Origin: a virus
IMG/VR virus record: IMGVR_UViG_3300048839_001082
Coordinates: 17,523-81,522 of that record
DNA length: 64,000 nt
Reading direction: 5' to 3' (one strand)
Made by a program: the position numbers and the translations under genes. Below the pieces are notes generated by a model, which was not told the DNA's origin, made no database searches, and saw only the letters and a list, made by a program, of their open reading frames with translations. Positions 29,514 through 39,805 of this stretch are shown in pieces (the stretch's first letter is position 1; the number at the start of each line of letters is the position of its first letter).

Positions 29514-30324
29514 TGGCGATGTCCTCGCATATCAGGCCTGCTACTCTATATGGGAAGACCGTCTCAAGGCCGCAGGTCGAATTCGCGATGAAATGATTTT
29601 AATCGCGTTGGATGAAGATGGCCATAAAGCACCAATAGAGTTCACTAAAGAAGAAGAAAGAAAAGCGCTTGAAAAAGCTTGGAAGTATTTTGTTTTTCTT
29701 CATCAAAATTTAATGGATAAACTTTATTGTGAAGATTATCTCATGGCCGTGAAGGGTCCTAACAACTTTCGTAATTTACTTTATCCTGATTATAAGCTCA
29801 ATCGCCATTCTGATCCTACTAAACGTAATATCTTTGTCCCTATCATTAGATCTCTTGCAGTGGCTGAAGGATTCGCCGTTGATTCCGATGGTCGTGAAGC
29901 GGATGATTTAATGCGAATTTGGGCCGAGCAAGCCATGGAATCTGGTGATGATTTTATTATCGCAACGATTGATAAAGACTTAAAGTGTATTCCAGGTAAA
30001 CACTACTTGATGAATAAAGAAATATTTTTTGAAGTTTCTAAAGAAGAGGCTCGAAAACATTATTATGAACAATTGCTTAAAGGGGATCCTACAGATCACA
30101 TTCCAGGTGTACCTAAAATTGGAAATGTTAAAGCAGAGAAATTAATCAAGCCTTGCAAGAATGAAGAAGAAATGCAAGAAGTAGTCGTGAATGCATATAT
30201 TGAAGCATATGGAGAAGAATGGTATAGTTACTTTTTATCTAATGCCAAAATGATTCATTTACAAAAAGACCCTAATGATTATTTTAAGGCTTCTGATTGG
30301 CCTGTCTTATTGGAGTTGAGATGA
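29494..30324 (+). CDS. 5'-3' exonuclease (T7 gp6-like)
   Basis: IIDGD, YPDYKLNR, READD, IDKDL, KGDPTDHIPGVPKIG. Confidence 0.9.
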   Translation: MTLAIIDGDVLAYQACYSIWEDRLKAAGRIRDEMILIALDEDGHKAPIEFTKEEERKALEKAWKYFVFLHQNLMDKLYCEDYLMAVKGPNNFRNLLYPDYKLNRHSDPTKRNIFVPIIRSLAVAEGFAVDSDGREADDLMRIWAEQAMESGDDFIIATIDKDLKCIPGKHYLMNKEIFFEVSKEEARKHYYEQLLKGDPTDHIPGVPKIGNVKAEKLIKPCKNEEEMQEVVVNAYIEAYGEEWYSYFLSNAKMIHLQKDPNDYFKASDWPVLLELR

Positions 30325-30968
30325 AATTAGAATGGCAAAATGCGCCCGTGAAAACGCAGTGGGGTGACTGTATGAGAGAATGTCTTGTTGAATTAGACAA
30401 AGATTCAACATTGCGACTTTTCGCGGATGTTGATGATTTGCACAAAGTGGAAAGTGCGCTCTTACGCGAACTGCTGGACGAGCCGGTGCAGGAGTCAAGC
30501 CCACTCGCGGGCACGATGGCAGAGCAATTCCTGCAAGTCGTCGCCAGCATCTGGCACGATCACCCGGACTATTCGATCCGGCAGACGCTGGACGCGCTCA
30601 ATGCGAAGTTTCCTGCAGAGCCGGTGCAGGACACGCCGCCGCAGCGTCCACCCACACCTGTAGGCTGGAGTGATACGGACTGGCTGGCTCACCTATCGAC
30701 CATGCCGCCGATTGCATACGCGCTACGCGACACCCTATACGGCACCAGCAAAGCCGGCGTGCTGCGTTTCTGCGCCGCCAACGAGCCGGGTGCGTTTGCT
30801 GTCTACACCCACCCACCGCAGCAGCGCAAGCCGCTGACGGATGACGAAGCACTCGCGCTTATCCGCGCCACGCCGCAAGAGGACGTTACTCAAGAAGGAT
30901 GGATTCGCAGGCAGCGTCTTTCCTGGGTTCGCGCCATCGAGCGTGCCATCACAGGAGAGCCAACATGA
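30321..30968 (+). CDS. Mosaic EPVQ-repeat phage protein (AT-rich 5' part, GC-rich 3' part)
   Basis: ATGA overlap; EPVQ modules; LYTHP...RKPLTD-like pattern; ends RAIERAITGEPT. Confidence 0.6.
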   Translation: MKLEWQNAPVKTQWGDCMRECLVELDKDSTLRLFADVDDLHKVESALLRELLDEPVQESSPLAGTMAEQFLQVVASIWHDHPDYSIRQTLDALNAKFPAEPVQDTPPQRPPTPVGWSDTDWLAHLSTMPPIAYALRDTLYGTSKAGVLRFCAANEPGAFAVYTHPPQQRKPLTDDEALALIRATPQEDVTQEGWIRRQRLSWVRAIERAITGEPT

Positions 30969-31327
30969 ACGACCTCATCAGCAGACTGCGAGCCCTGTCG
31001 CGCCACGAGCACGACGACCTCACGATTGGGGATGAGGCGGTGGATGAAATCAAGCGGCTGCGGGTCGATCATGCCGCTGCGATGGCGGCAATGTGGAAGC
31101 GAGTCGCTGAGCTGAAGCAACTGTCGAACGATCGCTGGCGCGAGAACGAACGCTTGCAGGCCCTCAACAGCAGCCTCACCCGTAAGGCGAACGCTTACCT
31201 CATCGAGAACGCACGGCTGGCAGAAGAGAACACACGCATGCGTAGTGTGCTTGGCGAGATCGAGTGGAGCAACGACACCACATGGCAGTCCGAGGCCGCA
31301 CGCGCAGCCCTGAAGGAGACGCCATGA
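30965..31327 (+). CDS. Coiled-coil hypothetical protein
   Basis: GGAG RBS inside the repeat; MNDLISRLR...EAVDEIKRLR. Confidence 0.6.
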   Translation: MNDLISRLRALSRHEHDDLTIGDEAVDEIKRLRVDHAAAMAAMWKRVAELKQLSNDRWRENERLQALNSSLTRKANAYLIENARLAEENTRMRSVLGEIEWSNDTTWQSEAARAALKETP

Positions 31328-31986
31328 CCCCCACCCAACGCGCCGCCGCGAAGCGGCTGGCAAAAGAACTTGCCAGTGTTCACCCACTGCACCCTTACGC
31401 GCAGATGTGTGGAAGTGCCGCCGCCCTCCTGCGCGAACTGGCCGCAGAGCCGGATGACGTACCTGAGTTAGTGAAGGTACGCCGTCAACTATTTGCCGCA
31501 GAGCCGGTGGTGACTGAATGCGCTGACAACGACTCACCGTGGCTGGTCTGCAAGACGTGCGCAGCGGCGGGGAAGTGCGTGAAGGAAGCAGAGCAGGTGC
31601 AGAAGCCGGTGGCGTGGGGGGTTTTTGTAGATGACGAGTTGTTCAAGCCGTTTAACTGCAAAGACGAGGCTGTGGACTGGTTCCAAGCACAATACAACCA
31701 CGGATCGCGGTACGATTATTTGGTTCTTCCGCTCTACGCCGCACCGCAGCAGCCCATGCACTGCCCAAAGGACGGCGGAGAGTGCGGTGCCGGAGGGTAC
31801 TGCCGGCCGGAGCCGGTGCAGCGCAAGCCGTCGATTGAACCATTTGTTGTGAGGCATTACGCTTTTGACGAACGGTCAAGCATCAAGGGCAACGGTTTCG
31901 ACGGCCTAGCGATTGGCGAAGACCGCGAGGAGGCTGAATGCTTTATCAAGTTTGTGAATGCCGCAATCAAGGGAGAGCCGACATGA
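31324..31986 (+). CDS. Mosaic EPV-repeat phage protein
   Basis: AAGGAG RBS; EPV/KPVAW modules with Cys-rich inserts. Confidence 0.6.
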   Translation: MTPTQRAAAKRLAKELASVHPLHPYAQMCGSAAALLRELAAEPDDVPELVKVRRQLFAAEPVVTECADNDSPWLVCKTCAAAGKCVKEAEQVQKPVAWGVFVDDELFKPFNCKDEAVDWFQAQYNHGSRYDYLVLPLYAAPQQPMHCPKDGGECGAGGYCRPEPVQRKPSIEPFVVRHYAFDERSSIKGNGFDGLAIGEDREEAECFIKFVNAAIKGEPT

Positions 31987-32186
31987 GTGATTACTTTGAG
32001 GGATTGAAACTGGCGCAGCGCATTGGCGTGCCATGCAGAAACTGCGCAACCTCAAGCATCTGGTGCGAGCGATGCGCTCAAAAGTGGCGCAAGGCGTGTG
32101 AAGACACAGCAAGACAAGTGTCTCCACCAAACGCGGCCCACATGCCTGACGCCATCGAGCGCGCCATCACAGGAGAGCCGACATGA
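31983..32186 (+). CDS. Small zinc-finger protein
   Basis: CRNC...CERC; ends AIERAITGEPT. Confidence 0.5.
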   Translation: MSDYFEGLKLAQRIGVPCRNCATSSIWCERCAQKWRKACEDTARQVSPPNAAHMPDAIERAITGEPT

Positions 32187-32434
32187 AATTTAATGCGTTA
32201 TTTGGTTTAGGCGAAATCGTCTGTACGCATCAGCGTGAGACAGTTAATGGTGTGTACCCCGACATGATACTGAAGGTGGTCGCCATTCAATTTGAGTTAA
32301 ATGGATCGGTGATGTATTTGTGTCGCAATGCAATATCTGGTAATATTATCGTGTGTGGAGAGAATGAGCTGATCGGCGATCCGGCATTTGACCAAGAGGC
32401 TGGCAAGTATCCACAGGAAACAAATGAAATTTGA
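32183..32434 (+). CDS. Hypothetical protein
   Basis: Starts in the repeat-borne RBS and ATG. Confidence 0.55.
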   Translation: MKFNALFGLGEIVCTHQRETVNGVYPDMILKVVAIQFELNGSVMYLCRNAISGNIIVCGENELIGDPAFDQEAGKYPQETNEI

Positions 32435-32978
32435 AGGCAAATTACCGAAAGACTTCGAATCCGTGAAAGAGGCCAAGAAAGTCGCGATTCATCAATTATC
32501 GTATTACAACAAAATGATGAATCAAAAAATAATGGGGAGTTCCATAGCTTCAAATGGCCATTGGCAATTTCCTGAAGAAATGGGGCCACCATTCGTGGGC
32601 TTTATTTATGCGCTTTATGACCCTGTTTTGCATCGCGCCTATTTAGGAAAGAAGGCCTATTTAGGTACAGGTGTTAAAAATCGCGGCAAAGACAGTGGGT
32701 GGCGTAATTATGTATCTTCTTCAAATCTATTAAAAGAATTATTTCAGCATCGACCGGTGAGTGAATTTGAATTTATATGTATTGAGCAATACAAAACCAA
32801 AGGTACCTTATCATACGCTGAAACATGGTCGTTGTGCATGGCTGAGGCACCAACAAGTAAACTTTTCTACAATACACGAATAGAGTCAGTTTCTTGGTCA
32901 GTTAAAGAGCCGATATCTGAAAGACATAAAGAAAGATTATCAATGATAATAAAGATAGTGAAAGAAAATAATGAGTAA
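32424..32978 (+). CDS. GIY-YIG endonuclease (Seg/EndoII-like)
   Basis: GFIYALYD...YLGKK...SGWRNYVSSS...YAET...FYN. Confidence 0.7.
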   Translation: MKFEGKLPKDFESVKEAKKVAIHQLSYYNKMMNQKIMGSSIASNGHWQFPEEMGPPFVGFIYALYDPVLHRAYLGKKAYLGTGVKNRGKDSGWRNYVSSSNLLKELFQHRPVSEFEFICIEQYKTKGTLSYAETWSLCMAEAPTSKLFYNTRIESVSWSVKEPISERHKERLSMIIKIVKENNE

Positions 32979-33195
32979 AATTTTAGCCGCATTGTCGGTG
33001 TTATCCGCATTTTCCGCATTGCTTTACGGTAGTTTCATTTTGATATCTAAGACGGTCCCTTTGGAAAGTGTTGATTATATCTTACTAGGGATTACATTTA
33101 TGATCGGAGGCAAGGTTTTTATCAGCTTCACTGAAACCTCCAAGGACAAATCCAGCGATGGGAACGATAGTAGCCAAGAACAGACCTTGCCTTGA
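32971..33195 (+). CDS. Small membrane protein
   Basis: Two hydrophobic segments. Confidence 0.5.
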   Translation: MSKILAALSVLSAFSALLYGSFILISKTVPLESVDYILLGITFMIGGKVFISFTETSKDKSSDGNDSSQEQTLP

Positions 33196-35794
33196 TAGTG
33201 CTTGTGGCTCTTCAGACGCGAGGCAAATATATGAAGATGGCACAAGCTTCTGTTTCTCTTGCATGAAGTTCTTTCCTAAAAATGCAGAAGATATCGTGCC
33301 AGATAAAGAAGAACATAACTATTTACCGAAAGTGGTAAGAACAGTGGAAGATATCGAAAAGAAGCTTAAAGAAATTTCCACCCTCCCAGTGAGAGGGTTT
33401 AAAGAGAGAAAAGTCTCAAAAGAAGTTTGTGAATTCTTCGATGTTAAGGTTTCTTATAATGCAGATAGTGGTGAAATCGCTGCTCACTATTATCCTTATG
33501 AAAATGGAAAAGCCTATAAAGTCCGAGAGCTTCCTAAACAATTCAAATGGATTTCGAAATCAGAAGATCTCTTTGGTAAAGACAAATTCAGCAGTGGCGG
33601 AAAGCGAATTTTCATTGTAGAAGGTGAAGTTGATACGTTGAGTGTTGCACAGACCCTTCACGACAAGTATGGAAAAATTTATCCTGTTGTGGGTCTCTCA
33701 TCAGCCACGATCGCTGGAAAGACACTTTTAAAAAATCGAGAGTGGTTACGAAGCTTTAAAGAAATTATTCTGTGTCTCGATAATGATGATGCTGGCAAGG
33801 TGGCCACAGAAACAGCCATCAAGATACTAGGTATTGATAAAATTAAAGTTGTCAAACTGGCCGGAAAAGATCCTAATGAAGTATATTTAAAGCAAGGCTC
33901 TTCTGTCTTAATGCAGAATCTATTTGATGCTGCTCCATATATTCCTTCCGGTATCATTACCAAAGAAGCACTATGGGAAGCACTGGTTAACTATAACAAT
34001 ACACCTTCGATTCCATATCCTGCTTGTGTGCATCGTTTAAATGAAAAAGTCAAAGGGATGCGTAAAGGGGAAATTACTCTCTTTGTGTCTGGCACTTCCT
34101 GCGGCAAGAGCACATTGTTGCGAGAAATCATGCTCAGTAATCAAGAATTGACCACAAGTAAAATTGGTGTTGTCAGTCTTGAGGAATCTCCCGCGGAAAC
34201 TGCGCGTAAGTTGTCGGGAATGAAAATTAATAAAAATCCTGCTAAAGAGGAGATACCACTTGAAGAGCTCAAAGTCGGTTTTGACGCTGTGTTCGGAGAT
34301 GATCGCTACATTGTATTGGACCATCAAGGATCACTTAAAGACGAAACGATTTTGGACAAGCTTGAGTATATGGCTCTTAGTGGTTGTGAGTATATATTTA
34401 TTGATCATATCACGATTTTAGTATCTGAAGGTGCCGGTGAATTGACGGGCAATGAAGCCGTTGATAAGATCATGAACGATCTATTAAGATTCGTTAAAAG
34501 ACATAATGTCTGGATTGGGTTAGTTTCACATCTTCGAAAAACCACGAACACAGGTAAGTCATTCGAAGAAGGCAGAATGCCCAATCTAGATGATATCAAG
34601 GGATGTTTAGCATACAATACTGAAGTGTTGCTCTCAAATGGTCATTCTACTGCAGTTCAAAATATTAAGATTGGAGATTGTTTGATAGGGGATAATGGGA
34701 TACGTCGTGTGCTCTCATTAAGGAGGGGTGAGCAACAGATGTATAAGGTTACCACTAAGACCACGAATGACAGTTTTATATGTAATGAAGATCATGTTTT
34801 AACAGTATCTCATAATGATATTTTATTAGACATCTCAATCAAAGATTTTCTTAAAAAGAGTAGCAGTTTTCAGGAAAGATGTAAACAGCATTACTCAAAG
34901 GGATATGAATTGCCTGAAAAAACTTTATTGATCCCACCATATGCTCTTGGTGCTTGGTTAGGAGATGGTTCTAAATCGGCATTTAGAATAATGGATGCTA
35001 GCGAACTCGGCATCGCTGAGAGAGTTGCAAGGGAACTTAATGCGGAATTGAAACAACCCTCAAATAAAAGAAGAGAGTATTTCAACTTTGATACAGGTGT
35101 TCAGGGCGACATGCTCACGCGATTGAAAGAATTAGATCTCCTTTGTAACAAACATATTCCTGAAGAGTATATATTTAACACAAAAGAAAACAGACTTCTT
35201 TTGTTAGCAGGTTTAATTGATACTGATGGAACATACAGCTATAAAGATAATGCTTACTATTTTTACCAAAAAGATGAAGTATTGGCAGAGAATGTAAAAA
35301 AGATAGCAAGATCATTGGGTTTCTATAGCAATGTTAGATCACAAATCATCAATGGTAAATATTCGTCCAATGGTAGTTTAATTTTTGTAGTGACAATTTC
35401 TGGTGATATTGAACAAATTCCTGCTCAGAAAAATATTAAATTAACTCTTAATGAAAGACACACAGATCCATTAAAACGTGGCATTATTATAGAAAAATTA
35501 GGTATTCAACCTTATTACGGATTTACATTAGATGGAAATGGCAGATTTCTATTAGGAAATCATACAATCACTCACAATTCAGGCTCAATCAAGCAAATAT
35601 CATTCGACATTGTTGCTTTCGCGCGTAACCTTCAAGAGCCAGATCCAATCAAATGTAATACCATCTCCATGTCAGTATTGAAATGTCGTTTCTCAGGATT
35701 GACTGGAGAAATTGGCGGTTCTTATTATGACTATGATACCGGTAGGTTCAGACCGGAAGAGGAAATTCCACAAGAAGATTTCACTTCGTTATGA
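33158..35794 (+). CDS. Primase-helicase (T7 gp4-like) containing an intein
   Basis: N-terminal Cys zinc finger, TOPRIM VEGEVD and LDNDDAG, Walker A SGTSCGKST, FIDHI, VSHLRK, DDIKG|intein|SGSIKQ. Confidence 0.93.
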   Translation: MGTIVAKNRPCLDSACGSSDARQIYEDGTSFCFSCMKFFPKNAEDIVPDKEEHNYLPKVVRTVEDIEKKLKEISTLPVRGFKERKVSKEVCEFFDVKVSYNADSGEIAAHYYPYENGKAYKVRELPKQFKWISKSEDLFGKDKFSSGGKRIFIVEGEVDTLSVAQTLHDKYGKIYPVVGLSSATIAGKTLLKNREWLRSFKEIILCLDNDDAGKVATETAIKILGIDKIKVVKLAGKDPNEVYLKQGSSVLMQNLFDAAPYIPSGIITKEALWEALVNYNNTPSIPYPACVHRLNEKVKGMRKGEITLFVSGTSCGKSTLLREIMLSNQELTTSKIGVVSLEESPAETARKLSGMKINKNPAKEEIPLEELKVGFDAVFGDDRYIVLDHQGSLKDETILDKLEYMALSGCEYIFIDHITILVSEGAGELTGNEAVDKIMNDLLRFVKRHNVWIGLVSHLRKTTNTGKSFEEGRMPNLDDIKGCLAYNTEVLLSNGHSTAVQNIKIGDCLIGDNGIRRVLSLRRGEQQMYKVTTKTTNDSFICNEDHVLTVSHNDILLDISIKDFLKKSSSFQERCKQHYSKGYELPEKTLLIPPYALGAWLGDGSKSAFRIMDASELGIAERVARELNAELKQPSNKRREYFNFDTGVQGDMLTRLKELDLLCNKHIPEEYIFNTKENRLLLLAGLIDTDGTYSYKDNAYYFYQKDEVLAENVKKIARSLGFYSNVRSQIINGKYSSNGSLIFVVTISGDIEQIPAQKNIKLTLNERHTDPLKRGIIIEKLGIQPYYGFTLDGNGRFLLGNHTITHNSGSIKQISFDIVAFARNLQEPDPIKCNTISMSVLKCRFSGLTGEIGGSYYDYDTGRFRPEEEIPQEDFTSL
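34604..35578 (+). mobile_element. Intein (325 aa) with LAGLIDADG endonuclease
   Basis: Starts CLAYNTEV, ends ITHN followed by Ser; LGAWLGDGS and LAGLIDTDG motifs. Confidence 0.93.
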
Positions 35795-36820
35795 AAGGTA
35801 TAATGAGCAGTATTCAAACACCTTGGAGCTCAGTCGGCTACCTAACTTATAAAAGAACGTATGCCAGAGAAATCACTCCAGGGGTTACCGAAGAATTTCC
35901 ACAAACAATTGAACGTGTTTTAGATGCTTGTCAAACTCAGTTGCATTGTGGATTTATCGGGGAAGAGTTAGATCGTCTTAGAGAATACTTTCTTAAGCTT
36001 AAAGCGTCAGTTGCTGGAAGATTTCTTTGGCAATTGGGCACTCAGACCGTAGATCGTTTTGGTCTTGCCAGTCTTCAAAATTGTGCATTTACTGTTGTAG
36101 ATAGTCCGGTAAGACCTTTCTGTTGGGCTATGGATATGTTGGCATTAGGCTCTGGAGTAGGCTACAATATCCAACATCGACATATAGATAAATTGCCCAC
36201 AGTTAAGGAGTGGTTTAGAGCACCTACCAGAATGGACAATGGTGGAGCTGACTTTATTATTCCAGATTCAAGAGAGGGATGGGTTAAATTTCTTGGCAAA
36301 ACACTCAAAGCTGCGTTCCTCAGCGAGACGCCGGAAAAGGGCACTTTCACATATTCAACACAAGTTATCCGAGGGAAGGGCTCGCCGATTAAAGGATTTG
36401 GCGGAGTTGCTTCAGGCCCCGAAGATCTCTGTTGGGGGATTGGAAAAATATCTGAAATATTATCGAAGCGTCACGGGAAGAAAATTAGGCCAATCGATGC
36501 ATTGGACATAATGAATATTATAGGTTATATTATTGTGGCCGGTAATGTTCGTCGAAGTGCTCAAATTGCCATCGGCGATCCTGATGACGTTGAATTCCTT
36601 TTGGCTAAGCGTTGGGATATGGGCAATATTCCTTCTTGGCGTGCCATGTCAAATAACAGTGTAGCTGTTGATGACATTGAAGACCTTCACGATTATTTCT
36701 GGGAAGGATATGAAGGCAAAGGGGAAGCATATGGTCTTATTAACTTAAGACTTGCTCGCAAAGTTGGACGTTTGGGTGAAACACAATATCCAGATCCCGG
36801 TGTTGAAGGAATGAATCCGT
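35791..36820 (+). CDS. nrdJ: Class II (B12-dependent, RTPR-type) ribonucleotide reductase, exon 1
   Basis: YKRTYAR, AGRFLW, LQNCAF, IPDSREGW, GNVRRSAQI, GMNP; start may be ATG 35803. Confidence 0.9.
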
Positions 36821-37636
36821 TAATCGCTAGCGGCATACATTAGAAATTCTGTATGAAAATTTATCTAAAAACGGTGGATCTCCCGATGGGACAATACCGT
36901 GCCAATCCGTTATGGAAGGTGTAACGACTATGAGTAAAGATCTGAACAAACGTTTGTATGCTTATGCGATGTTTGATGGCCACCTAATGTTTACTGGTAG
37001 TTCTTTAAACGCGTGTTTAGTAGTCAATATGCTTGAAAAACATAATGATTACATAGACAAAGTTATACAAACTCTGGAAGAACTTCCTGTAGGCTATAAA
37101 AGAAGTTTACCGGAAATTTATACAAAAGACGGTTATGAGCGACAGCAGCAAATAAGACTGCAATCACGCAACCATCCGATATTTACGAAAATTCACAGTA
37201 GAATATATATTGACAAGCAAAAGACAATAGATCCACATATGTTAACAATGATGGATGAAGAACTGTTGGCAATAGCCTTCATGGCTGATGGTAGCAGAGA
37301 TATAGATAAGCGCTGGGCAAACGCCAAGCCTTGTTATAGACTTCATTTTAACAATTTAACGTACGGTGATTTGATGTTGTTTAAGAAAAGCTTGAAAGAT
37401 GTATTCAATTTGGAAATAAATACTAGGAAAAAAGGATCTAGATACGATCTTGCAATTCCTACCTTTCATTCCGAATTTTTCGAAGAAATTGTCGGGCCTT
37501 TTATTCTTCCATCGTTTCAGTACAAACTTGGACGATGAACCCCCGAAAGGGGTGGTGATATAGTCTGTTCTATACGGTAACGTATAGAGATTGACAGAAA
37601 TGATCAATCAACGTTGTAAAACGTTTAACAACAAAG
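36821..37636 (+). mobile_element. Group I intron (816 nt) in nrdJ
   Basis: P1 CCGU/GCGG, core taacgacta and gatatagtc, P8 cccc-gaaa-gggg, terminal G at 37636. Splicing gives NP-T|GT(Cys)-AEQSL. Confidence 0.92.
36930..37538 (+). CDS. Intron-encoded two-motif LAGLIDADG homing endonuclease
   Basis: LYAYAMFDGH and LAIAFMADGS motifs; PSFQYKL ending. Confidence 0.8.
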   Translation: MSKDLNKRLYAYAMFDGHLMFTGSSLNACLVVNMLEKHNDYIDKVIQTLEELPVGYKRSLPEIYTKDGYERQQQIRLQSRNHPIFTKIHSRIYIDKQKTIDPHMLTMMDEELLAIAFMADGSRDIDKRWANAKPCYRLHFNNLTYGDLMLFKKSLKDVFNLEINTRKKGSRYDLAIPTFHSEFFEEIVGPFILPSFQYKLGR

Positions 37637-38520
37637 GTGCTGAGCAATCTTTGTACCCGTATGAGACTTGCTGTTTAGCGGAAGTATTCCTACCAAACGT
37701 CGACAGTAAAGAAGAATTCTTCGATATTCTTGAATTGCTTTATCGAATTAATAAACATAGCCTTTTGTTACCATCTCACCATCCTGAAACAGAAAAAGTT
37801 GTTCATCAAAACATGAGGATGGGTATTGGTTTGACTGGACTTCTTCAAGTCTCTGATGAAAAGAACGGATGGTTGAGTGAAGGTTATGAGTATCTCAGAG
37901 AATTTGATGTTGCATATTCTGAAGAAAATGATATTCCCATTTCTATTAAACTAACAACGGTCAAGCCAAGTGGAACTTTATCACTACTTCCAGGTGTTAC
38001 TCCAGGGATTCACCCTGGTTATGCTCAGTATATGTTTCGTAGGATTCGTATCGGCGCTAGCAATCCGCTCGTGGAAACTTGCAGGAGTCATGGTTATCCT
38101 GTGGAGTATGTTCGTAATTTTGACGGAACTGAAGACTACAATACAGTGGTTGTGACATTTCCTTTCAGTTATCCTAAAGGGACAATTCTCGCGTCAGACA
38201 TGACCGCCATTGATCAACTAAAGGAGATACAAAGGTTACAAAATGACTGGTCGGATAACTCTGTATCGTGTACTATCTACTATCGCAAAGAAGAGTTACC
38301 GAGCATTCGAGATTTTCTTAAGAAGCACTACAGAAACGGATTCAAGAGTCTCTCCTTCCTTCTCCACAAAGACCATGGATTCGATCAAGCTCCCTATGAA
38401 GAAATTACAGAGACCGAATTCAGACTACTCTCCAACCGAACTACAATTATTGGAAACCTTGAAAATGCCGAATTCGAATCAAGCGACGAATGTGCCACTG
38501 GAGCCTGCCCCATTAAATAA
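37637..38520 (+). CDS. nrdJ: Class II ribonucleotide reductase, exon 2
   Basis: ETCCLAE, TTVKPSGTLS, WSDNSVSCT, C-terminal CATGACPIK. Confidence 0.9.
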
Positions 38521-38746
38521 AATCAAGGGTGAAATCATTCTTAATGATGGTCGATTCGTGACTATTTATAATGTTACCGTGAATCATGTTAGACTATCGT
38601 ATTCTAACAATTCAAGTGACCTTGATAATGCTATTCGATTGGTTAATGCAGCCACACTGATTGATGGGAAACCATTCGCATTAAATGAAATAGCTAGTCT
38701 GAAAATGTCAGAATTCGATAAAATTATCAAAGCACTTTTTAAGTGA
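38465..38746 (+). CDS. Hypothetical protein (weakly tail-chaperone-like)
   Basis: Fills the gap after nrdJ; start uncertain. Confidence 0.4.
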   Translation: MPNSNQATNVPLEPAPLNKIKGEIILNDGRFVTIYNVTVNHVRLSYSNNSSDLDNAIRLVNAATLIDGKPFALNEIASLKMSEFDKIIKALFK

Positions 38747-38783
38747 TTCTGGGGACTTCGGTCCCCATTTAATTGGAGATAAC

Positions 38784-38993
38784 ATGGTTAGACCCGCAAA
38801 AGGTTGGCTATCTTCAGATGGTTTATTTTTTGAAGATAAAGAAGCAGCCGAAAAGCACGAATTGCGTCAAACAATTATTGATGTGCTCGAATCTGTCTAT
38901 GGGGATGAACATATGTCGATTGGCAAGTTCGTAGATCATCTTCTTAAAAGCCCAAAACTATATATTTCACGTATTGATCCACTGGCACTATAA
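38784..38993 (+). CDS. Hypothetical protein
   Basis: GGAG RBS; SDGLFFEDKEAAEKHE. Confidence 0.6.
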   Translation: MVRPAKGWLSSDGLFFEDKEAAEKHELRQTIIDVLESVYGDEHMSIGKFVDHLLKSPKLYISRIDPLAL

Positions 38994-39355
38994 TGTCAAT
39001 TACATTTTCAGTTGGTACGCCAATTTTGGCAAAACTTACTAATGAATATTATGATTTCAATTCATTGGAAGATGCCGTGTTCAACACTAAAGAGCATCTT
39101 GTAGAGTTAACTCCAAATCTTAATATGGCAAATGGCAACGCATTTGAATTCATGCGAATGTTGGCGTTGCCTCAAGAATATTCAGGGATCATCCAACCAG
39201 GCGATATATATGCATTTCATAGCATGGTAGTCACATTGCACCGAAAGGCAAGATATTCAAGAACAGTGGAAGAACGCATTTTGAGATATTATCTAGAAAT
39301 GGAGCGTATTTCAGCCTATGCATTAGCGACCGAAGATTCAATTATTTGGGGATAA
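38993..39355 (+). CDS. Hypothetical protein
   Basis: Coupled ORF. Confidence 0.6.
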   Translation: MSITFSVGTPILAKLTNEYYDFNSLEDAVFNTKEHLVELTPNLNMANGNAFEFMRMLALPQEYSGIIQPGDIYAFHSMVVTLHRKARYSRTVEERILRYYLEMERISAYALATEDSIIWG

Positions 39356-39356
39356 T

Positions 39357-39638
39357 ATGTTTATAGACCTTGATGATCAAAAGCGAGAAAAATGTTTTCA
39401 AGAATTAGTTCATTGGATTAATACTAATTCATTAGAAAACGGAAGTAACACCCCCGATTTTATTTTAGCTGATTTTTTGCTGGAATCTTTAATCCTTTTT
39501 GAAAAAATAAACCAAGACAAAAAAGAATGGGGACAGGTTCCTGATCCCGGTGAAATGGACGGCGATGCTCAAAGCGCTTTATCGTCCGCGGGAATGGGGA
39601 CTGATGAAGATTACGGGGGCACTGATGAGCGTATCTGA
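39357..39638 (+). CDS. Phage hypothetical protein
   Basis: SLENGSNTPDFILA and DGDAQSALSSAGMGTDEDYG motifs. Confidence 0.6.
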   Translation: MFIDLDDQKREKCFQELVHWINTNSLENGSNTPDFILADFLLESLILFEKINQDKKEWGQVPDPGEMDGDAQSALSSAGMGTDEDYGGTDERI

Positions 39639-39805
39639 AGGACTCTCTTCACAATCTGATGTTACTGTATCTGATTGGAAACTTCGAATGGTCTATTTTG
39701 ATGCAGACGGTTATCCTATGTTACATAAGGAACCCGATCCTGAAGATATACGTGAAGCATTCTTGAAAACTTTTAAGGTAGAAGAAAAAACCGAGGTGAT
39801 AAAGA

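Larger units (their letters stand above)
30932..32187 (+). repeat. 38-bp direct repeats (30932-30969, 32150-32187) in a GC-rich cassette
   Basis: cgccatcgagcgYgccatcacaggagagccRacatgaa with 2 mismatches; partial third copy ending at 31986. Confidence 0.85.

Noticed and set aside
37591-37636. N-terminus MTEMINQRCKTFNNK of the listed 309-aa ORF
   Set aside because: It is intron sequence; the coding exon starts at 37637.
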